Source: Dehalococcoidia bacterium
GTDB taxonomy: Bacteria > Chloroflexota > Dehalococcoidia > Plut-88900
Reading direction: 5' to 3'
Length of the DNA stretch: 64,000 bases
NCBI GenBank assembly: GCA_963668115.1
Contig: OY764147.1
Coordinates: forward strand, 281,449-345,448
Under the pieces are notes generated by a model that worked only from the letters and a program-made list of their open reading frames with translations, did no database searches and had not been told where the DNA came from. Positions 40,741 to 50,890 of the stretch are shown one piece after another. Numbering within the stretch: position 1 is the first letter of the stretch; each line of letters begins with the position of its first letter. Both the position numbers and the translations under genes were made by a program.

Positions 40741-42029
40741 TGGGACTCCGCGGAGGCTCGGGCCCGGGGGTGGGCCTTTTCGTAGGTCTTGCGGGTCTCT
40801 GCGGTGGTCATGTGGGTGTATATCTGTGTGGTGCCGAGACTTTCATGTCCAAGGAGTTCCTGGACGACGCGGAGGTCGGCACCGCCGTCAAGGAGGTGAG
40901 TTGCGAAGGAGTGGCGAAGGGTGTGGGGGTGGGCGGGGTCGTGGAGGCCCTGTTCAAGGGAGTACTTGCGGACAAGGGTCTGGATGCTGCGGGCGGATAA
41001 CCGACCGCCTCGATCATTTAGGAAGAGGGCGCGGTTTTTTGGGTCTGTAGAGAGGTTGGGTCTGCTCTGCGAAAGGTAGAGGGCTATGGCGCGTAGGGCC
41101 TTCTGTCCAACGACTACGTCCCGCTCCTTGGATCCCTTGCCCAGAATCCGTATCTCGCGGTTGCCGTCAATGACGTCGTCGATGTCGAGGGTGACGACTT
41201 CGCTGACCCGGAGACCGGTGGCGTACATGAGCTCCAAGAGTGCACTGTCGCGAAGGTGAAAAGGCTCTTCGACGAGGGAGGCCGCTTCCTGTGGGGAAAG
41301 GAACTTAGGGAACTTCTTGTCCAGCTTAGGGAGGCGGAGCCCAGCCACTGGGTTGGTTTCAAGCCAGTCTTCTCGGATGAGATATTTGTAAAAGGAACGC
41401 AATACGCTTATCTTGCGAGAAACGCTGCGTATGTCATGGCCGTGCTTGGCCATGCCGTTGGTAATAGGTATCCGGCGCTCGGTCAATAGCCAAGCGACGT
41501 ACTGTCGGAGAATTTTGCGCTCCACGATGCCTAGATAACGGATTCCCCTGTCGTCCAGAAAATCAAAGCAGGGTAGAAGGTCTGTACGGTAATTGCGTAC
41601 AGTATAAGGCGAGAGGTTTCTTTCGCCTTTCAGATAAGTCATGAACTTGACTAGTGGCCGGATGAACTCAGCAATGAAATGTTTCAACTTGGAGGGGCTA
41701 AGCCAGGCGACAGGGTTGGTATTGATATGTCCCTCGCGCACCAGAAAGTCATAGAAGGCGCGCAAACTTCTAATCTTGCGTAGGATGGTTCGCTCGTCGT
41801 GGCCGTTGTCTGTCAGGTTGTTGGTGCCTTGAATGATAGGCTCGGTGGCCAGCCCGGCGACATAATGCCGCAGCACAGTACGGTTCACCGCTACGAGGTC
41901 GTGGATTCCCCTGTGCTTCAGAAATTCTGAAAAGGGCTCAAGGTCCGTGCGGTACTTGTGGATGTCATTAGGCGAAAAGTCGGGATCGCCTTCCAGGTAC
42001 TCTATGAAGTTGTCTATGTGGTGTTCCAA
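40737..42029 (-). CDS. xerC: XerC-type tyrosine recombinase with duplicated N-terminal core-binding domain
   Basis: TGLRVSE, GKGSK, HTLRHSFATH, LLGH..TQIY; downstream of topA. Confidence 0.85.
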   Translation of the reverse strand: MEHHIDNFIEYLEGDPDFSPNDIHKYRTDLEPFSEFLKHRGIHDLVAVNRTVLRHYVAGLATEPIIQGTNNLTDNGHDERTILRKIRSLRAFYDFLVREGHINTNPVAWLSPSKLKHFIAEFIRPLVKFMTYLKGERNLSPYTVRNYRTDLLPCFDFLDDRGIRYLGIVERKILRQYVAWLLTERRIPITNGMAKHGHDIRSVSRKISVLRSFYKYLIREDWLETNPVAGLRLPKLDKKFPKFLSPQEAASLVEEPFHLRDSALLELMYATGLRVSEVVTLDIDDVIDGNREIRILGKGSKERDVVVGQKALRAIALYLSQSRPNLSTDPKNRALFLNDRGGRLSARSIQTLVRKYSLEQGLHDPAHPHTLRHSFATHLLDGGADLRVVQELLGHESLGTTQIYTHMTTAETRKTYEKAHPRARASAESQ

Positions 42030-42044
42030 AGTTATGGCTCGGGG

Positions 42045-44513
42045 CTAGGCAGGTACGGGCTCCTTGGCCTTTTTGGAAATGAGAGACCTGGCGTTCTTGC
42101 ACTTCGGGTAGCCGGTGCAGGCGATAAATTTACCCCTCCGCCCGACTTTTATGGCCAACGGTTTACCGCATTTTTCGCAGGCTTCATCGATTAGTTCCGG
42201 CTCCGGGCGAGCGGTCTCGCCGGGTAGGGGCCGGGTGTTCTTGCACTTGGGGTAGGTGGTACAGGCGAGGAACTTGCCCCTGCGTCCGGACCTGATGACC
42301 ATGGGGCTATCGCACTTGTCACAGACCTCTGAGGTCTCCTCGGGGATTTCGCGCTCTTCACCGGGAAGGGGTCGGGTGTTTTTGCACTTGGGGTAGGCGG
42401 TGCAAGCGAGGAACTTGCCTCGGCGTCCGGATCTGATGACCATAGGGCTATCGCACTTGTCACAGACCTCGTCAGTCTCCTCAGGGGCTTCGCGTTCTTC
42501 GCCTGGGAGGGGTCGGGCGTTCTTGCATTCGGGGTAGCCGGAGCAGGAGAGGAACTTGCCATAACGTCCGACCTTGATGAGCATGGGGCGTTCGCATTTC
42601 TCGCAGAAGATGTCGGTTTCCTGGGGCTCCTCACCGGGTATCGGTTTGGCGTTCTTGCACTTTGGGTAAGAGCTGCATGAAAGGAACCGGCCGGTCCGCC
42701 CCGACTTGACTTCCATGGGTTCGCCGCACAGATCGCAGGCAATACCGGTAGCCTCGTCGGGGATGGCGTCGCCGGCCTTGTCCAGGGCCTGCTGGAAGGA
42801 CTCATAGAAGTCCCGGATGACCGGGACCCACTCTCGTTCCCCGCGGGAGATCTCATCGAGTTCCTGCTCCATCTCGGCGGTGAAGCCGAGATTTACGATG
42901 TCGGGGAAATGGTCGCTGAGTAGGGAGTTGACTCGAAGCCCGAGTTCCGTCGGGTGGATGCGGCTCTTTTCCTTGTGGATGTACTTGCGGTCCTGGATGG
43001 TAGAGAGGGTGGGAGCGTAGGTGCTAGGCCGACCGATGCCGTTCTCCTCCAATGCCTTGATAAGGGAGGCCTCGGTATAGCGAGGGGGAGGCTGGGTGAA
43101 GTGCTGTTTCTGCTCAAGCCCGAGGAAGTCCAATACCTCTCCGGGGGAGAGGTCGGGGAGGGGGGGCTGCTTGTCGTCGGACCGGTCGTCGGCGTCTTCC
43201 TGGTAGAGGGTGAGGAAGCCGGGGAAGACGGTGACGGAGCCCGTGGCGCGGAACAGGTAAATGGGCGATGCAGATGTGGAGGTCTTGTTTTCGGCCTCTA
43301 TGTGGACCGTGGTCTGGTCGATGAGGGCTGCGCTCATCTGGCTGGCAAGCATGCGCTTCCAGATAAGCTCATATAGCTTCATCTGATCCTTGTCCAGGTA
43401 GACCTGCAGGTAGTCGGGGTCACGGAAGCAGGAGGTGGGGCGGATGGCCTCGTGGGCTTCTTGGGCACCTTTAGCCCGAGCCTTGTAGGCGCGGGGGGAG
43501 GAGGGGACGAACTTGTCGCCGAACTTTTCGGAGATATAGCGCCGGGCCTCGTTGCGGGCCTCGTTGGAGACGGCGGGGGAGTCGGTACGCATGTAGGTTA
43601 TGAGACCGATCTGACCCTCGCTTCCAACTGATAAGCCTTCGTAGAGCTGCTGGGCCACTGCCATGGTCCTTTTGGCGGTGAAGCGGAGCTTACGGCCGGC
43701 TTCCTGTTGGAGGGTGCTGGTGGTGAAGGGAGGGGCGGGCTGTCGCTTGGCTTGCTTACTATCAATCCTGGCGACGGAGTAGTGGGCGCCGTCCAGGGCT
43801 GTGGCTATCTCACTGCTGGTTTTTTCATCGGGTATGGTGAGCTTGCCGCGTTTTCCTTTCTGGTTGTGTAAAACGGCACGGAAGGCGGTTTTCCTGGGGG
43901 ACTTCTGCTTCTTCAGGTCGGCTTCGATAGACCAGTACTCGGTGGGGACGAAGGCGGTGATTTCGGCTTCTCGGTCCGACACCATTCGGAGGGCAGCGGA
44001 CTGGACCCTGCCGGCGGAGAGGCCTTTTTCGAGTTTGCGCCAGAGAAGGGGGCTGAGCCGGTATCCGACCACGCGATCCAGGATGCGTCGGGCCTGCTGG
44101 GCGTCGACGAGGTCCATGTCGATTTCCCGGGGATTGTTGAAGGCCTCGGTGATTGCGCTCTTAGTGATTTCGTGGAAAACGACGCGTCGTATGGGAATGT
44201 TCTTGATCTTGGAGGCTTCGAGGAGGTGCCAAGATATGGCTTCGCCTTCGCGGTCTGGGTCTGTGGCCAAATATACGGCGCTGGCGCTCCTGGCGGCCTT
44301 GGCCAGGTCCTGAACGGTCTTTTTCTTGTCCTTGGGAACCTCGTATGCAGGTTCGAAGTCGCTGGCTACGTTAACTCCGAAGCGGTATTGAGGAAGGTCC
44401 CGGACGTGTCCGAGGGACGCCTTGACGTTGAAGTCCTTGCCCAGGATCTTGCCGATGGTGCGGGCCTTGGCGGGGGATTCTACGATTACCAGTTTTTCAG
44501 TCATTGAATTCAC
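42045..44513 (-). CDS. topA: DNA topoisomerase I with five C-terminal Zn ribbons
   Basis: VESPAKA, DPDREGE, SAGRVQS, ITYMRTD. Confidence 0.97.
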   Translation of the reverse strand: MNSMTEKLVIVESPAKARTIGKILGKDFNVKASLGHVRDLPQYRFGVNVASDFEPAYEVPKDKKKTVQDLAKAARSASAVYLATDPDREGEAISWHLLEASKIKNIPIRRVVFHEITKSAITEAFNNPREIDMDLVDAQQARRILDRVVGYRLSPLLWRKLEKGLSAGRVQSAALRMVSDREAEITAFVPTEYWSIEADLKKQKSPRKTAFRAVLHNQKGKRGKLTIPDEKTSSEIATALDGAHYSVARIDSKQAKRQPAPPFTTSTLQQEAGRKLRFTAKRTMAVAQQLYEGLSVGSEGQIGLITYMRTDSPAVSNEARNEARRYISEKFGDKFVPSSPRAYKARAKGAQEAHEAIRPTSCFRDPDYLQVYLDKDQMKLYELIWKRMLASQMSAALIDQTTVHIEAENKTSTSASPIYLFRATGSVTVFPGFLTLYQEDADDRSDDKQPPLPDLSPGEVLDFLGLEQKQHFTQPPPRYTEASLIKALEENGIGRPSTYAPTLSTIQDRKYIHKEKSRIHPTELGLRVNSLLSDHFPDIVNLGFTAEMEQELDEISRGEREWVPVIRDFYESFQQALDKAGDAIPDEATGIACDLCGEPMEVKSGRTGRFLSCSSYPKCKNAKPIPGEEPQETDIFCEKCERPMLIKVGRYGKFLSCSGYPECKNARPLPGEEREAPEETDEVCDKCDSPMVIRSGRRGKFLACTAYPKCKNTRPLPGEEREIPEETSEVCDKCDSPMVIRSGRRGKFLACTTYPKCKNTRPLPGETARPEPELIDEACEKCGKPLAIKVGRRGKFIACTGYPKCKNARSLISKKAKEPVPA

Positions 44514-45640
44514 ACTTGGGCGGGGTATGCGGGTCTCGTTTCTCGGATTTTAACGTAGGTCATGGCGCCGACCTGCTTGACGATGCCTTTCAACTCCATC
44601 ATAGCCAGAGCGCTGCTCACAGTCGAGACCGGCAGGGAGCTTTGTCGGGTGACTTCGTCGATGTGGACGGGTTCCCTTGACAGGAAGGGGAGGAGGTCGG
44701 ACTCGGGGGTGGAGACTTCAATAAGCTCCTGCATCACGAGCTGCTCAGGCACTAGCTTCAGGTTGAGCTCCTCCAACACGTCCTCTATACCGGTGACGAG
44801 CTTGGCGCCTTCCTGAATCAGCCGGTTAGCGCCCTGGCTCATGGGAGAGGTGATGTTGCCGGGGACGGCAAAGACCTCCCGGTTATGCTCCAGGGCGTAG
44901 CCGGCCGTAATCAAAGCTCCGCTCTTTTCATCGGCTTCGACGACGAGGGTGCCGAGGGTGAGACCGCTCATAATACGGTTCCGACGAGGAAAGTAGTCGG
45001 GGCGGGGGCGGGTGTCCAGGGGATAGTCGCTAATGATGGCGCCGCGTTCGGCAATCTCATCGGCGAGGTGCCGGTGCTCGGGCGGGTAGACCATGTCGAG
45101 GCCGCAGGCCTGAATTGCGATTGTCCGCCCTCCGGCATCAAGGGCGGCATGGTGAGCGACGGAGTCGATACCCCGGGCCAGGCCGCTGACCACCGTTATC
45201 CCGTTGCGTACAAGCTCCGTGGATATAAGGTGGGCCATCTCCCGACCGTAGGAGGTGGGCTTCCGGGTCCCGACCACAGCGACGGCCCAGTCATCCTGCT
45301 CCCTGATTTCGCCGAGGACGTAGATGACAGCGGGCCTGTCATAGATCTGCTTGAGGCGGTCGGGATAGCTGGGGTCGTGCCAGGTGAGAGGGAGGATTTG
45401 CCGTGCCTGGAGGTCCGACATCACTTTGTCAGGATCTATGTCGGGGCGCCGGGACTGGATGGAGGAGATGGTGCGCTTGTCGAGGCCCGCCCTATGGAGT
45501 TCGGCTGGGCCGGCCTTCCAGGCCGTCTCCAGGGAGCCGAAATAGGCCTCCAGTGCGGCGTAGCGGGCCCTGCCTACTCCGGGGATTCTGTTGAAGGCGA
45601 CCCAGTACTTGATGTCCTGCATAGGGAAAGATTCTAGCAC
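44510..45640 (-). CDS. dprA: DNA-processing protein DprA
   Basis: VVGTR, VSGLARGID, FPRRNRI, SGALITA; start may be MQDIK. Confidence 0.95.
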   Translation of the reverse strand: MLESFPMQDIKYWVAFNRIPGVGRARYAALEAYFGSLETAWKAGPAELHRAGLDKRTISSIQSRRPDIDPDKVMSDLQARQILPLTWHDPSYPDRLKQIYDRPAVIYVLGEIREQDDWAVAVVGTRKPTSYGREMAHLISTELVRNGITVVSGLARGIDSVAHHAALDAGGRTIAIQACGLDMVYPPEHRHLADEIAERGAIISDYPLDTRPRPDYFPRRNRIMSGLTLGTLVVEADEKSGALITAGYALEHNREVFAVPGNITSPMSQGANRLIQEGAKLVTGIEDVLEELNLKLVPEQLVMQELIEVSTPESDLLPFLSREPVHIDEVTRQSSLPVSTVSSALAMMELKGIVKQVGAMTYVKIRETRPAYPAQV

Positions 45641-45669
45641 AGGGAGTCAGGCCTCAAAAAATGGGGTGG

Positions 45670-45761
45670 TGGCGGAGAGGGTGGGATTCGAACCCACGAG
45701 AGAGCTTCCGCCCCCTACGCGATTTCCAGTCGCGCCTGTTCGGCCACTCCAGCACCTCTCC
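45670..45761 (-). tRNA. tRNA-Ser(GGA)
   Basis: GGAGAGG acceptor stem, anticodon loop CTGGAAA, long variable arm, GTTCGAATC, encoded CCA. Confidence 0.95.
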
Positions 45762-45967
45762 GGGACGCGGGGCCCGGGCGACGGCCCGGACATTCGAGGG
45801 TAAATGATAGCATTGAGCGGGCGGAATGATAAGGTGTCGGGGGTGGGTGTGATGAGATGCAACTGCTGGCAATAGCAAGGGGTTGCACCTATAATCCCGT
45901 CCAACTATGCCGCACACAACTGACCGTCCGGCGATTTCAGACCCGACTTGAACCCCGAGGCTTGACG

Positions 45968-47296
45968 ATGGCACATCACCACGGTTCCCCATTCGACCAC
46001 GCCGAAAAGGATACGCCCGTCAGAAGAACGGCGAGCTTCATCCTGGCGGGGTTGAGCGGGGGACACGGGATTTTCCACTGGTTCAACCAGAGCTTCCTGG
46101 TGATGCTGCCGGACATACAGGAAGCATTCGGGCTGAGCAAGGTCCAGGTCGGGGTCATAGCGGCGACGCGGGAGATAGCCGGGGGGCTGGTGATGCTGCC
46201 CAGCGGGATAATCCTGGACGTCCTGCGTCCCTATTGGGGAGTTGTGCTGAGCCTGTGCATGCTGGCTTTCGGTCTGGGGTGGATTCTCACGGGACTTTCG
46301 CCGATCTACCCGGTGATTCTTGTTGGGATGGTCATAGTGTCGGTGGCGAGCTCCATCTGGCACCTGCCGGCGATGGGGGCGTTGTCGCACCATTTCGAGC
46401 ATAGGAAGGGAACGGCGCTTTCCTTTCACGGGATAGGCGGCAGCCTGGGCGACTTCATCGGGCCCCTGGCCACGGGTGCGATCCTGACGGTGATGAGCTG
46501 GCGGGGGATCATCAGCGTCTATGCCGTGGTGCCGTTGACGCTGACGTTCATCGTGTTCTGGGCGTTCCGGGACATCGGGACGAAGGGCGTGCCGAGGCAT
46601 CGGGAGAGGGGGGTGGGGGAGCAGCTGCAGATGACCAAGCGTCTGCTGAGGAGTGTCACGCTGTGGATAGTGATGTTCGTGGCGGGACTGCGAGGAATGG
46701 CCTACCTGGCGGTAGTGACCTTTCTGCCGATATATATGGACGAGAGCCTGGAGTTCGGGACGTTCAGGGTCGGGTTCTATATCGGGATGCTGGTGTTCAT
46801 AGGAATACTGGCCACGCCGACCCTGGGATACCTGTCGGACCGCATAGGCAGGAAGGTGGTGATAGTCCCGTCGCTGCTGGCGATGACGGCGGTCTCCTTC
46901 CTGTTGGCGCCCTACGGGGAAGGTTGGCAGTTCACCACACTGATTGCGTTGCTGGGCCTATTCCTCTACAGCGACCAGCCGATTTTGACGGCGGCGGCGC
47001 TGGACATGGTCGACCGCGAAAGCCAGGGGTCGATGCTGGGGATACTGTCCTTTGAGCGGATAGCGCTGGGAGGCCTGTCACCGATATTCGCGGGGCTGAT
47101 TTACGACCACTGGGGCATGGACTACGTGTTCTATTACGCGGCGGGCCTGCTGATGGCATCGGCGGCGCTGCTGATGACGGTGAAGCTGGGGGGTCGGGAG
47201 CGGTTTGTGGGGGGTAGTCATCACAATGATCACGATCACGGACATGGGCACGATCATGACGACGATGATGAGAGCGGGCATGGGCATAGGCACTAG
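45968..47296 (+). CDS. MFS transporter with His-rich termini
   Basis: About 12 hydrophobic segments, GYLSDRIGRK; start MAHHHG. Confidence 0.85.
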   Translation: MAHHHGSPFDHAEKDTPVRRTASFILAGLSGGHGIFHWFNQSFLVMLPDIQEAFGLSKVQVGVIAATREIAGGLVMLPSGIILDVLRPYWGVVLSLCMLAFGLGWILTGLSPIYPVILVGMVIVSVASSIWHLPAMGALSHHFEHRKGTALSFHGIGGSLGDFIGPLATGAILTVMSWRGIISVYAVVPLTLTFIVFWAFRDIGTKGVPRHRERGVGEQLQMTKRLLRSVTLWIVMFVAGLRGMAYLAVVTFLPIYMDESLEFGTFRVGFYIGMLVFIGILATPTLGYLSDRIGRKVVIVPSLLAMTAVSFLLAPYGEGWQFTTLIALLGLFLYSDQPILTAAALDMVDRESQGSMLGILSFERIALGGLSPIFAGLIYDHWGMDYVFYYAAGLLMASAALLMTVKLGGRERFVGGSHHNDHDHGHGHDHDDDDESGHGHRH

Positions 47297-47299
47297 AAG

Positions 47300-47424
47300 T
47301 CGGAGCCATTTCCCGGTGTAGCCGCCGTCGGGCACCTTCCCCGGGAGAAGAGAAGGGCGTCGACGGCGCCCATGCCTTGGGTTGCGCCGGCGATGAAAGC
47401 GCCTTTTCCGTCCGCCCTGTCCAG
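47300..47424 (-). pseudogene. Internally deleted SDR remnant
   Basis: Reads LDRADGKGAFIAGATQGMGAVDALLFSR, then EGA in a shifted frame, then DGGYTG (SDR C-terminal motif). Confidence 0.6.
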
Positions 47425-47569
47425 GATCAGTCCCCCATCGCTCGCAGTGGCAACCCTCGGATGCATGGGGTAGTGTACACGATGGGGTTAGGCCATATAA
47501 TCAGGGCATATAGGGTCGGGCGGCGTAAGCCTTGTCAGAGGAGTCGAATAGCTACGGAGGATAAGAACG

Positions 47570-48679
47570 ATGGCCGGAATGAAAGCGATATCGGCGGACT
47601 CCCACGTGCAGGAAGCACCGGAATTGTTCGAGACGCGGGTCCCGGAGGAGTTCAGGGCGAGACTGCCGCATACGGAGGAAGGGGAGGACGGGGCAGTATA
47701 CCGGGTGGTGGAGGGCAGAAAGAAGAGGCGCTTCGACATTGCGGCAGAGAACATCAACGAGGACGACCTGGAGAGAGAGTTTCGACAGGACCCGTCGGGT
47801 GGGAGGGACATCCCGTACAGGCTGAAGGACCAGGACCGGGACGGTGTCGTAGCGGAAGTGTTGTACCCAAACTCGTTGCTGGCGCTATACGCTTCGCCGG
47901 ACCCCAAATACCAGATGGGGGTGGCAAGGGCCTATAACGATTGGGCGATAGAGCTGTTCGGGAGTCACCCGGACAGGTTTGCGCCGGCGGGGCTCGTGCC
48001 GGTGGTCGACGTGGAGATGGCGGTCGGGGAGGTAAAGCGCGTTGCCGGACTCGGGTACAAACTGATAAGCGCTCCGATACATCTGAAGCACCAGCCCTAC
48101 AGCCTGCCCACATACGAGCCGCTGTGGAACGTACTGGAGGAAACGGGGTTGCCGATAAGCCTTCACTTCATCTCGGGCAGCGAGGACCATCTGCCCGAAG
48201 ACGCCGGCGAAGAGCAGTACGGTGGGTTCCTCACCTACATGGTGACGGCGATGGCTGAAGGGATAGTCCCGGCCACTGTGTTCGTAAGCTCGGGGGTGAT
48301 GGCCCGGCACCCTAGTCTGCACACCGTCATCGTGGAGTGCGGGGCGGGGTGGCTGCCCTGGGTGCTCTACACTATGGACGACCAGTACGAGCGCAAGCAC
48401 ATGTGGATCGAGCCGAAGTTGGATATGAAGCCAAGCGAATACTTCAAACGGCAGGGCCATACGACCTTCAGCGACGACCTTGCGGCACTTCGGATGCTGG
48501 ACTTTATCGGGCCCGAGGCCCTTCTGTGGGGCAGCGACTATCCCCACGACGAGGGCACGTTCCCCCACTCACAGGAAGTGATAGACAGGACTTTCGTGGA
48601 CGTATCGGAGGAGGACAAGAGGAAGATCGTCTATGGGAATGCGGCGTCGCTGTACGGGATCGGAGGGAATGGAGCGTAG
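47570..48679 (+). CDS. Amidohydrolase family protein
   Basis: SADSHV, WGSDYPH, NAASLY. Confidence 0.9.
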   Translation: MAGMKAISADSHVQEAPELFETRVPEEFRARLPHTEEGEDGAVYRVVEGRKKRRFDIAAENINEDDLEREFRQDPSGGRDIPYRLKDQDRDGVVAEVLYPNSLLALYASPDPKYQMGVARAYNDWAIELFGSHPDRFAPAGLVPVVDVEMAVGEVKRVAGLGYKLISAPIHLKHQPYSLPTYEPLWNVLEETGLPISLHFISGSEDHLPEDAGEEQYGGFLTYMVTAMAEGIVPATVFVSSGVMARHPSLHTVIVECGAGWLPWVLYTMDDQYERKHMWIEPKLDMKPSEYFKRQGHTTFSDDLAALRMLDFIGPEALLWGSDYPHDEGTFPHSQEVIDRTFVDVSEEDKRKIVYGNAASLYGIGGNGA

Positions 48680-48710
48680 ACTCGGGAGCATTAACGGAGG
48701 AGGTGACAAC

Positions 48711-49820
48711 ATGGCAGGACTGAAAGCTATATCGGCGGACTCCCACGTGCAGGAATCTCCCGAGTTGTTCGAGACCCGGGTCCCGGAGCAATTTCGGGCC
48801 AGGCTGCCTCGAATTGTTGAAGAGGAAGACGGCGCCCAGTACTTCATCGCCGAGGGAAGGAACAAGAGGCGGTTCGACCTCGCAGAGGCGAACATTGGCG
48901 AAGACGACTTGAACCGGGAGTTCAGGTCAGACCCCTCGGGAGGGACGGATATCCCGTATCGACTGAAAGACCAGGACCGGGATGGCATTGCAGCGGAGGT
49001 GCTGTACCCGAATTCTCTGCTAACGCTCTTTGCGTCGCCGGACCCGGATTATCAGGTCGGCGTGGCACGGGCCTACAACGACTGGGCAATCGAGCTGTTC
49101 GGCGAATATCCGGACAGGTTTGCTCCGGCCTCGATAGTCCCGGTGATAGATGTCGATACGGCGGTGGAAGAGGTAAGACGTGTGGCGGGGCTCGGGTACA
49201 AGCTGGTCAGCGCGCCCATACACCTGAAATACCAGCCATACAGTCTTCCGATTTACGAGCCTCTTTGGAATGCCCTGGAAGAGACCGGCCTCCCTATCAA
49301 TCTGCATTTCGTCACGGGCAGCGAGGACCACTCGCCGGAGGGGATGGGGGAAGAGAAGGAGGGTGGATTCCTGACCTACATGGTCACTGCAATGGCCGAA
49401 GGTATAGTCCCGGCTACGGTGTTCGTTAGCTCGGGGGTACTGGCCCGGCACCCGAGCCTGCACACGGTAATAGTGGAGTGTGGGGCGGGGTGGCTGCCCT
49501 GGGTCCTCTACACCATGGACGACCAGTACGAACGGAAGCACATGTGGATTGAGCCCAAACTGGACATGAAGCCCAGCGAGTATTTCAGGCGGCAGGGCCA
49601 TACAACTTTCAGTGACGACCTGGCGGCTCTGAGGATGCTCGATTTCATAGGTGCAGAGGCCCTACTGTGGGGCAGCGATTACCCCCACGACGAGGGCACA
49701 TTCCCCCATTCCCAGGAAGTCATCGAGAGGACGTTTGCCGACCTATCGGAAGAGGATAAGAGGAAGATAGTGTACGGGAATGCGGCGTCGCTGTACGGGT
49801 TCGGGGGGAACGGGGGTTAA
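48711..49820 (+). CDS. Amidohydrolase family protein, close tandem paralog
   Basis: GGAGG SD before ATG 48711; highly similar to the previous gene. Confidence 0.9.
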   Translation: MAGLKAISADSHVQESPELFETRVPEQFRARLPRIVEEEDGAQYFIAEGRNKRRFDLAEANIGEDDLNREFRSDPSGGTDIPYRLKDQDRDGIAAEVLYPNSLLTLFASPDPDYQVGVARAYNDWAIELFGEYPDRFAPASIVPVIDVDTAVEEVRRVAGLGYKLVSAPIHLKYQPYSLPIYEPLWNALEETGLPINLHFVTGSEDHSPEGMGEEKEGGFLTYMVTAMAEGIVPATVFVSSGVLARHPSLHTVIVECGAGWLPWVLYTMDDQYERKHMWIEPKLDMKPSEYFRRQGHTTFSDDLAALRMLDFIGAEALLWGSDYPHDEGTFPHSQEVIERTFADLSEEDKRKIVYGNAASLYGFGGNGG

Positions 49821-49824
49821 TGGG

Positions 49825-50886
49825 TTGAATTTCGGCGCCTTCCTGTTGATGCCCTCGCCCCGGGCATTGCCTCATGTGGAGATTTATGCAAGAGGCCTGG
49901 AGATAGCCCAGGTCGCAGAGGCCCTGGGCTACGACGGTCTCTGGCTCGCCGAGCACCATTTCTCCAACTACGGGTACCTCTCCCAGCCCTTGATAATGGC
50001 GACCCATCTGGCGGCCAAGACGAAGCGCATACGCATCGGTACGGCGGTGGTGGTGCTGCCACTGCACAACCCGCTGATGGTAGCGGAAGAAGCGGCGACT
50101 ATAGACCTGCTCAGCGAGGGCCGGTTCGACCTTGGACTCGGGCGGGGGTATCAGCAGTACGAGTTCCAACGGCTGGGACTCGACCTGAAGGATAGCCGCT
50201 CCCGCTGGGAGGAGGCTATAGAGATCGTGACCAGGGCGTTCACCGAAGACTCATTCAGCTTCCAGGGTGAGCATTTCAGCTTCCCGGAGACCACCGTCCT
50301 ACCCAAGCCCTACCATAAGCCCCACCCCCCGATCTGGGTAGTCGGCCAAAGCCCCGAGTCCATAGACGGAGCGGTGCGTCGGGGGTTCAACGTAGTCACG
50401 GGAGGGGCGGCCTTTCCCATCGGGAGGATAGAGGAACGTCGGGAGCAATTCGACGATGCGGTTCGCCGTCACGGTCGAGAGGGGCAGTTGCAGTTCGGGA
50501 TCCAGCAAAAGATCTACGTGACGGAGTCGGAGGAAGAAGCGGTGAAGATGGCGGAGCATGGTCTGTGGAACATGCGGGTGTCTTTGAGCCTGAGGTTGGG
50601 CCGGGAGCAGGTGGAGAGGGGTCGGGTTACGGACGTGCCGATCGAGAATGAGCCATCTATAGAAGAGCTTGTGGACAGACACTTCCTTTTTGGGACTCCG
50701 GATACCGTATCCGAAAAGTTGATGCGCCTAGAGGACAAATTGCGGCTGGACCACCTGAACTGCGATTTCTGGCTTGGGGATATGCCGCAGGACAAGGTGC
50801 TCCGTTCGATGGAGTTGTTTGCCAGGTACGTAATGCCGAAATTCCAGGATGCACCAAAAGCGGAAACCCTTACCCCGGCCGGGTGA
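49825..50886 (+). CDS. Luciferase-like (LLM) flavin-dependent monooxygenase
   Basis: WLAEHHF, IRIGTAV, GRFDLGLGRG; TTG start inferred. Confidence 0.9.
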   Translation: MNFGAFLLMPSPRALPHVEIYARGLEIAQVAEALGYDGLWLAEHHFSNYGYLSQPLIMATHLAAKTKRIRIGTAVVVLPLHNPLMVAEEAATIDLLSEGRFDLGLGRGYQQYEFQRLGLDLKDSRSRWEEAIEIVTRAFTEDSFSFQGEHFSFPETTVLPKPYHKPHPPIWVVGQSPESIDGAVRRGFNVVTGGAAFPIGRIEERREQFDDAVRRHGREGQLQFGIQQKIYVTESEEEAVKMAEHGLWNMRVSLSLRLGREQVERGRVTDVPIENEPSIEELVDRHFLFGTPDTVSEKLMRLEDKLRLDHLNCDFWLGDMPQDKVLRSMELFARYVMPKFQDAPKAETLTPAG

Positions 50887-50890
50887 TGGC

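Noticed and set aside
45667-45672. Encoded CCACCA at the tRNA-Ser 3' end / integration site
   Set aside because: No duplicated tRNA 3' fragment or integrase island seen; probably chance.
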